Shown here piece by piece: positions 56,253 through 64,000 of a DNA stretch of 64,000 bases. Every line of letters begins with the position of its first letter. The stretch's first letter is position 1. The position numbers and the translations under genes are program-made. This DNA comes from an uncultured Gammaproteobacteria bacterium. Lineage in GTDB: Bacteria; Patescibacteriota; Patescibacteriia; UBA9934; GWF2-40-263. Under the pieces are notes generated by a model. The model ran no database searches. It was not told the origin of the DNA and saw only the letters and a program-made list of their open reading frames with translations. The DNA is taken from NCBI GenBank assembly GCA_964538435.1, contig CAZIDX010000001.1, forward strand, positions 64,393 to 128,392. The letters are read 5' to 3'.

Positions 56253-58901
56253 CTATTTCTTTCCCTTCTTCTCTGTAAACGTAATCTCATCCTTTCTGGC
56301 ACCTATCGCAATCGTTGACCCCTCATGCACCTCACCTCTCACAATCTTCATTGCCAGAGGGTCCAGGATCAAAGTTTGGATCACACGCATGAGCGGTCTT
56401 GCTCCAAAGTTTGGATCAAACCCCTGGTCTGCGAGGATCTGCTTTGCAGCTGGGCTTACGGTCAGCTCAATGTCGCGTTCTTCTTTTAATCGATCAGACA
56501 CCTTTTCAATCTGCAGTTCAACAATGTTTGCGATGTGCTCTCGTGAGAGCGCGTGGAATACCACGACGTCATCGACGCGATTGAGGAACTCAGGTCTGAA
56601 GTGATCCTTGAGCATGTTGCGGACCTGTGCTTCTGTATCCTCGTGTTCATTCATATCAGAGTCTGCAAACCCCATTGAGCTCATCGTTGTGTCAGCACTG
56701 AGAATCATGTCAGAACCAATGTTGCTGGTCATGATGATCACAGTGTTCTTGAAATTCACCTTGCGTCCCTTTGCATCAGTAAGATGCCCTTCATCCAAAA
56801 TCTGCAGGAGCACGTTAAACGTATCAGGATGCGCTTTCTCAATCTCGTCAAACAAGAGTACTGAGTACGGCTTGCGTCGAACAATCTCTGTGAGCTGACC
56901 ACCTTCGTCGTACCCAATGTATCCAGGAGGGGATCCGATCATCTTTGAAACGGCATGCTTTTCCATGTACTCAGACATATCGAGTCGCACCATGGCGGCC
57001 TCGTCGTCAAACATGAACTCAGCAAGTGCGCGAGCAAGCTCGGTCTTTCCTACTCCAGTCGGTCCAAGGAACATAAATGAGCCAATCGGTCGGTTCTTCT
57101 CACCAATACCGGCACGAGAGCGCCTCAGAGCGTTTGAGATCGATACAATAGCCTCTTCCTGCCCAACAACCCTCTTTGCAAGATTGTCTTCCATACAGGC
57201 GAGTTTATCCATCTCAGACTCAAGCATCTTTTTCACTGGAATATGTGTCCATCTTGAAATGATGTTTGCAACGTCTTCCTCTTCAATAACTTCTTTCAAA
57301 AGCCCTCGCTCTTTCTGAAGCTCAACAAGCTCTTCCTGCGCTGCGTAAACAGCCTGCTCCTTTTCGGGAATCATTGAGTAGCGAATCTCAGCAACCTTTT
57401 CAAGATCACCGCGCCGCTCTTCAATCTCTGCCTCAGCACGCAGCTTCTCAATCTCAGAGTTAAGTTCCTGGATCTTAGAAATCTTTTCCTTTTCATTCTG
57501 CCAACGCCCCTCAAGAGCAGAAGTCTTTTCACGAAGATCAGCGATCTGCAATTCAATCTCCTTAAGACGCCCCTTTGAGTGCTTATCATCCTCTTTTTCA
57601 AGAGCCTTTTGCTCAATTTCAAATCGCATCAGATCGCGTTTGAGAAGATCTAGCTCCTCAGGCATTGAGTCAATCTGCATGCGAAGCGCTGCTCCAGCCT
57701 CGTCCACAAGGTCAACAGCCTTGTCTGGCAAGTTCCGATCTGTGATGTATCGATGTGAAAGCTCAGCCGCAGAAACAATCGCAGGGTCGGAAATCCGCAC
57801 ACCATGGTGCACCTCATACTTTTCCTTGATCCCGCGAAGAATCGCGATTGTGTCAGCTACGCTCGGCTCCTCTACAACAACAGGTTGGAACCGACGTTCA
57901 AGAGCAGGATCCTTTTCAATATACTTTTGATATTCTTTCAAAGTCGTAGCACCAATCGCACGCAGCTTCCCACGAGCAAGCGCAGGCTTGAGCATGTTTG
58001 ATGCATCGAGTGAGCCACCTTCGGTTGTTCCAGTTCCAACGAGCGTGTGTAGCTCATCAATGAACATAATCATCTGTCCGTTTGAGTCCTCAATTTCCTT
58101 GATCACTGCCTTCAAACGATCCTCAAACTCACCGCGGTACTTTGTGCCAGCAACCATCGAACCGATATCAAGTGAGATCACAGCCTTGTCAACAAGAGAC
58201 TCAGGAACATCACCAGCAGCAATACGCTGCGCCAGTCCTTCCACAACAGCCGTCTTACCAACACCAGCCTCACCAATGAGAACCGGGTTGTTCTTTGTGC
58301 GCCGAGAGATGACTTGCATCACACGACGAATCTCAGCATCACGACCAATGATCGGATCAAGCTCGCCGTTGCGTGCAGCCTCAGTCAAATCAAAACCATA
58401 CTTCTCAAGCGCTTGGTATCGCGACTCAGGCTCAGGGGAATCAACTTTTTGATTTCCTCTAATCTCTTTAAGCGAATTCATTACCGTCTCCTCAGTCACT
58501 TCGTAACCAAGAAGCAATCGATTGATGGCTTTGTTTGTGAGAAGCCCTAAAAGCAAATGCTCGGTTGAGATGAACTCATCACCAAAAAGTTTTGTCTTTT
58601 TGTGAGCGTTTGAAAGCACAGTTGCCATCTGCTGACTTAAAAACATCTGAGCCACTCCACCAACAGATTTCGCCTTTCCAGTAGAGGGAAGGGAATCAAG
58701 AATGGAATCGACTTCGCCTCGAAGCTCGCTTCGCTTTGGGGTGATCTTGTCAATCACAGCACCAACAACACCGTCGTCTTGTGCAAGCAAAGAAGCTAAA
58801 AGATGAATAGGCTCAAGGGCCTGCTGACCATGCTCCTGAGCAATACTATGTGCACTTTGAAGCGCTTCTTGGGATTTATGTGTAAAGTTATTTGGCATCA
58901 T
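56253..58901 (-). CDS. clpB: ATP-dependent chaperone ClpB
   Basis: Two AAA+ modules ([16 protein letters not shown]) and a coiled-coil M domain. Confidence 0.95.
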   Translation of the reverse strand: MMPNNFTHKSQEALQSAHSIAQEHGQQALEPIHLLASLLAQDDGVVGAVIDKITPKRSELRGEVDSILDSLPSTGKAKSVGGVAQMFLSQQMATVLSNAHKKTKLFGDEFISTEHLLLGLLTNKAINRLLLGYEVTEETVMNSLKEIRGNQKVDSPEPESRYQALEKYGFDLTEAARNGELDPIIGRDAEIRRVMQVISRRTKNNPVLIGEAGVGKTAVVEGLAQRIAAGDVPESLVDKAVISLDIGSMVAGTKYRGEFEDRLKAVIKEIEDSNGQMIMFIDELHTLVGTGTTEGGSLDASNMLKPALARGKLRAIGATTLKEYQKYIEKDPALERRFQPVVVEEPSVADTIAILRGIKEKYEVHHGVRISDPAIVSAAELSHRYITDRNLPDKAVDLVDEAGAALRMQIDSMPEELDLLKRDLMRFEIEQKALEKEDDKHSKGRLKEIELQIADLREKTSALEGRWQNEKEKISKIQELNSEIEKLRAEAEIEERRGDLEKVAEIRYSMIPEKEQAVYAAQEELVELQKERGLLKEVIEEEDVANIISRWTHIPVKKMLESEMDKLACMEDNLAKRVVGQEEAIVSISNALRRSRAGIGEKNRPIGSFMFLGPTGVGKTELARALAEFMFDDEAAMVRLDMSEYMEKHAVSKMIGSPPGYIGYDEGGQLTEIVRRKPYSVLLFDEIEKAHPDTFNVLLQILDEGHLTDAKGRKVNFKNTVIIMTSNIGSDMILSADTTMSSMGFADSDMNEHEDTEAQVRNMLKDHFRPEFLNRVDDVVVFHALSREHIANIVELQIEKVSDRLKEERDIELTVSPAAKQILADQGFDPNFGARPLMRVIQTLILDPLAMKIVRGEVHEGSTIAIGARKDEITFTEKKGKK

Positions 58902-58915
58902 AAGAAAAGTGATAA

Positions 58916-58942
58916 TTAGCACTCTCTAGTATAGAGTGCTAA
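58916..58942. promoter_or_regulatory. CIRCE element (HrcA operator)
   Basis: Perfect TTAGCACTC-N9-GAGTGCTAA upstream of clpB. Confidence 0.95.
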
Positions 58943-58956
58943 AGCGGCTTTGTCAA
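58928..58956 (-). promoter_or_regulatory. clpB sigma70 promoter
   Basis: TTGACA-17-TATACT; the -10 box lies in the CIRCE spacer. Confidence 0.85.
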
Positions 58957-58998
58957 CATTAACCCTGTGGTTTTTCCACAAAATTTGGTAAAATCTGC

Positions 58999-59832
58999 AT
59001 GATCAATGCGATCAAATTTATGCATCACAGAGTTCTTGGAGTAAATATCGATGATTTCTCAGAAACTCAGGTTTTGGATAGAATCAGATCCTGGCTCTCA
59101 GGAGGGGAATCAAGAATCATTGTCACCCCAAATGCTGAATTTGTACTCCAGTCCAGAAAAGACCCACTGTTTCTCAAACGCCTTCAAGAAGCCGACATGG
59201 CCGTTGCTGACAGCGTATCTATCAGATATGCCGTCTCTGCGCTTTCAGACAGACGACTGTCTCACAGATTAACCGGTGTTGATCTTGTCCAAAAAATCGC
59301 AAAGGTCTGCGAGAGTACATCTCATAAAATGCTGCTCCTTGGCGGCGCTCCACAATCCGCTGATAAAGCTGCACTCAAAATAAAGAAACGCCATCCTGAG
59401 CTAAAGATCATCACCTCAAACCCTGGACACATCGATTACGATGGAAAGCAACTGATCATACCAATCGTTGTTCAGGAATTAATTGAGGCAGAACTTCCTG
59501 ACGTGATCGCAGTTGCATTGGGGCAGGGGAAACAAGAAGCCTTCATGGACGCGGTAAAGCGAGGTGGATACGGAGTGAAAGTCATGATTGGAATCGGCGG
59601 TGCATTGGATATGATCTCAGAGCAGAAGCGACGTGCACCAAAATGGATGCGCAGACTAGGCCTGGAGTGGATCTGGCGCGTATTACTCGAACCCAAACGC
59701 ATCAAAAGAATCATCAACGCATCTTTGGTGTTCCCATGCATCATCTGCATTGAAACCATCAAGCAAAGGAGGTTTTTAAAGGCGTGCATGAACGTCTTCC
59801 CAGAAGTTATTAGACAATTACGAGGACTATGA
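58999..59832 (+). CDS. WecB/TagA/CpsF glycosyltransferase (GT26)
   Basis: VTPNAE, RLTGVDL, GKQE, GIGGALD, RAPKWMRRLGLEWIWR. Confidence 0.9.
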   Translation: MINAIKFMHHRVLGVNIDDFSETQVLDRIRSWLSGGESRIIVTPNAEFVLQSRKDPLFLKRLQEADMAVADSVSIRYAVSALSDRRLSHRLTGVDLVQKIAKVCESTSHKMLLLGGAPQSADKAALKIKKRHPELKIITSNPGHIDYDGKQLIIPIVVQELIEAELPDVIAVALGQGKQEAFMDAVKRGGYGVKVMIGIGGALDMISEQKRRAPKWMRRLGLEWIWRVLLEPKRIKRIINASLVFPCIICIETIKQRRFLKACMNVFPEVIRQLRGL

Positions 59833-61280
59833 ATGTAAAAACAAGAATGGCACCATCTCCAACTGGTTACCTCCACGTTGGATCTCTGCGAACAGCTTTA
59901 TACAGTTATCTTTTCGCAAAAAAACACAAGGGGACTTTTCTCCTTCGCATCGAAGACACAGACCGCACCAGATTTGTTGAAGGCGCAATGGAAGGCTTGC
60001 TGACTATCTTTAACGCGGTTGGACTTCCATATGACGAAGGTCCTGCACTAGAAGACGGCAAGGTGATTGATAAAGGCGAAAACGGTCCCTACATCCAATC
60101 GCAAAGAACTGACATTTATCGAGAGCATGCACAAAAACTTCTCGACTCAAAACATGCCTATCATTGCTTTTGCACAAAAGAACGGCTCGATGAAGTTAGG
60201 CAACGCCAACAAGCTGCAAAGCTTCCTACAAAATACGACCGCACTTGTTTAAAGCTGTCTGATGAGGAGGTGAAACAAAAACTGGATGCAGGAGAAGAGC
60301 ATGTTCTTCGACTAAAAATCCCTGAAGGAGAAACCGTTTTCGAAGATGCAATTCGAGGAACAATAAAAATCCCAAGCACCGAAATCGACGATCAGGTACT
60401 CATGAAATCTGATGGGTTCCCAACGTATCACCTAGCAGTGGTTGTTGATGACCACCTCATGAAGGTCACACACATCATACGAGGAGAAGAGTGGATCTCC
60501 TCCGTCCCAAAACACATCCTTCTCTACGAAGCTTTTGATTTTCCAAGACCTGTATATGCACATCTGCCGCTTATCCTAAATCCAGACAAATCCAAACTCT
60601 CAAAACGACAAGGCGATGTGGCTGTTGAGGACTACCTGAAAAAGGGTTACCTGCCTGAAGCTCTCATCAATTTTGTTGCCCTCCTCGGATTCAACCCGTC
60701 TGGAGATCAGGAAATCTATACAGTTGATGAGCTTATCAGTGGCTTTGATCTAAGCAAGATCAACAAGAGCGGAGCTGTCTTTGATGTGACCAAACTCGAC
60801 TGGATGAACGGTCAATACATCAAGGTCGCAGACAATTCAAGGCTTGCAAAGATGCTTGAAGGGAAGGGGATTGAAATCGAGAACGAAAAACTTCTTAAAA
60901 TTATCGAGGTTGAAAAACAGCGGTTGAACGTTGTGTTTGATCTTGTTGAAAAGGTTGCAATGTATCAAAATGACCCTACCTACGAAGAGGGGATTCTCGT
61001 CTGGAAAAAGAGTGATGCTGAAGATGCACTCGCCCAGTTAACCGCCCTCAAAGAACTCCTCACAAAAGCACCAGATCAAACCTTTGAAACAATTGAATTG
61101 ATCGAAGGTGCTGTAAAGGAGTATATTAGTAGCAGCGACCTGCAAAACGGAAACGTACTTTGGCCACTCCGCGTTGCACTTTCTGGATCAAAGAAATCTC
61201 CAAGTCCATTTGAGCTGCTTTGGATTTTCGGAAAAGAAGAAGCTCTAAAACGCATTCAGTCAGCAATAAACACATTATAA
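59829..61280 (+). CDS. gltX: Glutamate--tRNA ligase
   Basis: APSPTGYLHVG (HIGH), RIEDTD, KLSKR (KMSKS). Confidence 0.96.
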   Translation: MNVKTRMAPSPTGYLHVGSLRTALYSYLFAKKHKGTFLLRIEDTDRTRFVEGAMEGLLTIFNAVGLPYDEGPALEDGKVIDKGENGPYIQSQRTDIYREHAQKLLDSKHAYHCFCTKERLDEVRQRQQAAKLPTKYDRTCLKLSDEEVKQKLDAGEEHVLRLKIPEGETVFEDAIRGTIKIPSTEIDDQVLMKSDGFPTYHLAVVVDDHLMKVTHIIRGEEWISSVPKHILLYEAFDFPRPVYAHLPLILNPDKSKLSKRQGDVAVEDYLKKGYLPEALINFVALLGFNPSGDQEIYTVDELISGFDLSKINKSGAVFDVTKLDWMNGQYIKVADNSRLAKMLEGKGIEIENEKLLKIIEVEKQRLNVVFDLVEKVAMYQNDPTYEEGILVWKKSDAEDALAQLTALKELLTKAPDQTFETIELIEGAVKEYISSSDLQNGNVLWPLRVALSGSKKSPSPFELLWIFGKEEALKRIQSAINTL

Positions 61281-62473
61281 TGTTAAAAAAGCTTGTCATC
61301 CTTTCGCTCATTATCGCTTGTTCAATGCAGCTAAGCGGTGGGTTTGTCTTTGCTGAAGATATTTCAGATGAAATCAACCAGTTAAATGACAGCATCAACT
61401 CAAAACGAGACAGCATCAATCAGCTAAATAGACAGATCAGTGTTTATCAGCAACAGATCGAGGAAAAGCAAGGCGAAGAGGTTAGTCTTGCTGTTGAGAT
61501 TGATCTTCTTGAAAACAGAGCAGCAAAAACAACACTTGACATCGAAGTAACAAACGAGGAAATCGATCTTGTGAACGCAGAGATCAGCATCATTTCGTCT
61601 GAAATCACCGAACTTCAAACACAACTGGAAAAAGAGCAGGGAATGATTGCTGACGTGCTACAAGAAATCCAAGTTCTCGATAACGACCTTCCTCTGCAAA
61701 CCCTTCTAGGAACAGACTCAATCGCAGAATTATTCGATGAAATTGAACGACTTGAAACAGTAACAAATGACCTCAGCACGGCAGTAGACAGCGCAAAAAC
61801 AGCAAGACTGGATCTTCTTGAAAGCAAACAAATTGAACAAGAAAAACGAGACAGACTCCTTGTGCTCGAAGAAGAGCTGCAAGATGAAATGAATCTTCTA
61901 GAGCAAGAAATCGCCTCAAAAGAACTTCTTGTGCAGGAAGTGCAAGAATCTGAAGCTGAGTTCCAAAACCTGTTGAATCAACTGGAAGAAGAGGAGGCTT
62001 TCATCAATCAGCAAATCACTCTTCTGCAAGCCGAGATTGAAGGAAAACTTAATGCCAATGATGAGATTGGTGACAGCTCGATTCTTTCCTGGCCGGTCAA
62101 CCCAACGATCAGAGGCATTTCAGCGTATTACCACGACCCAACATACCCTTACAGACACCTCTTTGAACACTCAGGAATCGACCTACCAGCCCCAACAGGA
62201 ACCACCATTGAATGTGCTGCACCTGGATATGTTGCATGGGCAAAAACAGGAAGGCTTTACGGAAATTACGTCATGGTCATTCACACAAACGGTGTTGCAA
62301 CTCTCTACGCCCACATGTCCAGAATGGATGTTACGTCAGGTGATTTTGTCACCAGGGGACAGTCGCTAGGAGCCATCGGAAGCACCGGCCTTAGCACAGG
62401 GCCGCATCTTCACTTTGAAGTGAGAAAAAATGGTATCCCAACAAACCCATTGAACTACTTGATGTCATACTAA
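61280..62473 (+). CDS. Coiled-coil M23 family peptidase (EnvC/MepM-like)
   Basis: Signal peptide, long coiled coil, HSGID, YAHM, STGPHLHFEVR. Confidence 0.9.
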   Translation: MLKKLVILSLIIACSMQLSGGFVFAEDISDEINQLNDSINSKRDSINQLNRQISVYQQQIEEKQGEEVSLAVEIDLLENRAAKTTLDIEVTNEEIDLVNAEISIISSEITELQTQLEKEQGMIADVLQEIQVLDNDLPLQTLLGTDSIAELFDEIERLETVTNDLSTAVDSAKTARLDLLESKQIEQEKRDRLLVLEEELQDEMNLLEQEIASKELLVQEVQESEAEFQNLLNQLEEEEAFINQQITLLQAEIEGKLNANDEIGDSSILSWPVNPTIRGISAYYHDPTYPYRHLFEHSGIDLPAPTGTTIECAAPGYVAWAKTGRLYGNYVMVIHTNGVATLYAHMSRMDVTSGDFVTRGQSLGAIGSTGLSTGPHLHFEVRKNGIPTNPLNYLMSY

Positions 62474-62474
62474 T

Positions 62475-62708
62475 ATGTTAGAGTTTATTCTAAAATTTTT
62501 CGGCTGGGCATTCGTCGTCATCCCTTTGGTCGCATTTTTAAGCGTCTCAATTTGGATCCTGAAAGGAACAGCAGGGGACGACCCAGTAATCATGTCGCTT
62601 ATTGCCCTTGGCTTCACAATGTTTATCATAGGAGCAATTCTGCTACTCCTCGTTTACCTCACAGGATTTTTTGAACCATCGACATCAATGGCCTTACTGC
62701 TGGGGTAG
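62475..62708 (+). CDS. Small two-TM membrane protein
   Basis: 77 aa, two hydrophobic helices, directly after the M23 gene. Confidence 0.6.
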   Translation: MLEFILKFFGWAFVVIPLVAFLSVSIWILKGTAGDDPVIMSLIALGFTMFIIGAILLLLVYLTGFFEPSTSMALLLG

Positions 62709-62730
62709 GGAAGTACCCTTGAAAAATATA

Positions 62731-62755
62731 AAAACAGAGCATCAACTCTGTTTTT
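62731..62755. terminator. Putative terminator
   Basis: AAAACAGAG-CATCAA-CTCTGTTTTT. Confidence 0.55.
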
Positions 62756-62876
62756 AGTTTGATCAATTTATCAACTCACGCAACCTATAAAACATGCAAC
62801 TACCAATCCAATTTCTTTTTCGAGATTTTCAGACACTAAGCAGGGAAGAGGATCTGAGAACGCCTGCATTATTATT

Positions 62877-62904
62877 GTGTCGCACAATATATCTTATGCG
62901 ACAT
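62877..62904. other. dif-like tyrosine recombinase site (11-6-11)
   Basis: GTGTCGCACAA TATATC TTATGCGACAT, compared with E. coli dif GGTGCGCATAA TGTATA TTATGTTAAAT. Confidence 0.55.
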
Positions 62905-62907
62905 TAT

Positions 62908-63117
62908 ACGTTTTGCTTTAACACGTTTCATGCCATATTAATGCCTCCACACATACTATATAACGTTTGGTGGCACCTTCTTTTCCATCATCACATCATC
63001 CTACCAAATTTCTCAACCAACGTTTTGGCCCATATTTAAGACTCAAAATTGCTCTCTAACGTTTTCTCATGAGCTGGTACCCATGAGCAAACAAAATCTA
63101 TCTATCGACCTAAACGT
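62908..63117. repeat. Cluster of six ACGTTT hexamers
   Basis: At 62908, 62923, 62963, 63020, 63059 (+) and 63112 (-). Confidence 0.5.
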
Positions 63118-63246
63118 GTGGAATCTACAGGTATCCTGATACCTCTCAAAACAGCACAGCGCAATTTTGAAATAGCAAATTCTGCTCTTTTTGACACTTC
63201 CCTCCTTCACCCACCCTATATCTTGCAAACTATTTTACGACACAAT

Positions 63247-64000
63247 CTATTTATAATACACATGCTCTCCAAATCGTAAATCAATATACTCAAGCTCGTC
63301 CACCTCCTTTTCAAGAGATGAGATCAACGACTGCAGTCTAACTGATTGGTCCTCAACACTTGCTGTAGGATCAAACAGAATTGAGTAACCCTGTCTGGTT
63401 TCAACACTCACCCACTTCCCTGCCAGACGATCAAAAATGGTATGAGTGAAATCAATATTCAGTAGCTCAAGGTGTTCATGGAACAAGAATACCCCTTTCA
63501 CCTCTGTATCCGTTAAGACAAAATCTCCGATTTGAGCGTCGATTTCATTTTTGTCTGTAAAAATAGGCAAGTCCCCTATCAGGCTTCCATCACTATCACT
63601 GGATTGAACAATTTCCGCCTCACTTGCTGACAGTTGCCTTACAAGAACCCCCTCAAGGTCAGCCACAAAATACGCCTCCCCTATCACCCAAAGAAGATTT
63701 GCAGTACGCTCTGTGATCGCTAAATGTAAATCGTTTCCAGATGATGAAACAGACACGTCAGCAAAAGTAAACCTCGTTGAAATAGCATTTGAAAGCTCAT
63801 CTGTCTTAAACAAGAACATGTTTGACTTACTCCAAAACAACAAAGCTGAGTCATCAAGATAGTCAGCAATGATTGGCTCAAGTTCTACGGGGTCAATATG
63901 CTCAAGTCCAGAAATCGTAATGTTATTAATGACGAACCGCTGACTACCCAACAAAAAAAGAATCCCAGCAACAAGAAAAGCCAAACAACCAACTGCTGCT
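63247..64000 (-). CDS. ftsQ: FtsQ/DivIB-like cell division protein (5' end probably outside the window)
   Basis: TM helix, then POTRA-like INNITISG, C-terminal YIDLRF. Confidence 0.7.
   Translation of the reverse strand, partial: AAVGCLAFLVAGILFLLGSQRFVINNITISGLEHIDPVELEPIIADYLDDSALLFWSKSNMFLFKTDELSNAISTRFTFADVSVSSSGNDLHLAITERTANLLWVIGEAYFVADLEGVLVRQLSASEAEIVQSSDSDGSLIGDLPIFTDKNEIDAQIGDFVLTDTEVKGVFLFHEHLELLNIDFTHTIFDRLAGKWVSVETRQGYSILFDPTASVEDQSVRLQSLISSLEKEVDELEYIDLRFGEHVYYK

Noticed and set aside
62794-63039. 81-aa ORF in the terminal intergenic gap
   Set aside because: Atypical composition, no motif, and it overlaps the dif-like site and hexamer cluster; probably spurious.
1-64000. CRISPR array, tRNA/rRNA genes or genetic code 25
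   Set aside because: No regularly spaced repeats or cloverleaf/rRNA motifs were recognised in the intergenic gaps; TGA terminates conserved genes such as secA, murC and infA.

Overview
Gene-dense bacterial chromosome segment using the standard genetic code (TGA serves as a stop). Gene content and style suggest a Patescibacteria/CPR (Parcubacteria/ABY1-like) genome, by inference: alpha-CTD-less RpoA, short AlaRS, helicase-degenerate PriA, a stand-alone VirD4-like ATPase with a membrane partner, a GxGC lipobox and SD-less starts. Core content: murC-murB-hpf-secA, secD(+parvulin)-secF, uppP, mnmA, era-rlmD, trmH, corA, pduL, murJ, alaS, infA-rpmJ-rpsM-rpsK-rpsD-rpoA-rplQ-rplM-rpsI, a surface-glycan cluster, priA-def-fmt, CIRCE-controlled clpB, gltX, an M23 peptidase and a partial ftsQ-like gene. 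No rRNA, tRNA, CRISPR array, transposase or integrase was recognised. The main unexplained structure is a set of seven dispersed, GC-richer accessory genes built on one plan: TTGAC[AG] 40-75 nt upstream, a Shine-Dalgarno-type leader, a TAG stop in 7/7, then a hairpin and a TTTCTAWT-type tail. The surrounding core genes instead lack SD motifs, are often near-leaderless and mostly have T at -1. Other notable items are a 1406-aa protein with a C-terminal Pol-beta nucleotidyltransferase, a four-helix-bundle gene carrying the same 29-nt motif at its start codon and internally, a symmetric dif-like site next to an ACGTTT cluster, long palindromes, and local patches of extreme third-position strand bias. 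All calls are by eye from motifs; no database search was run.
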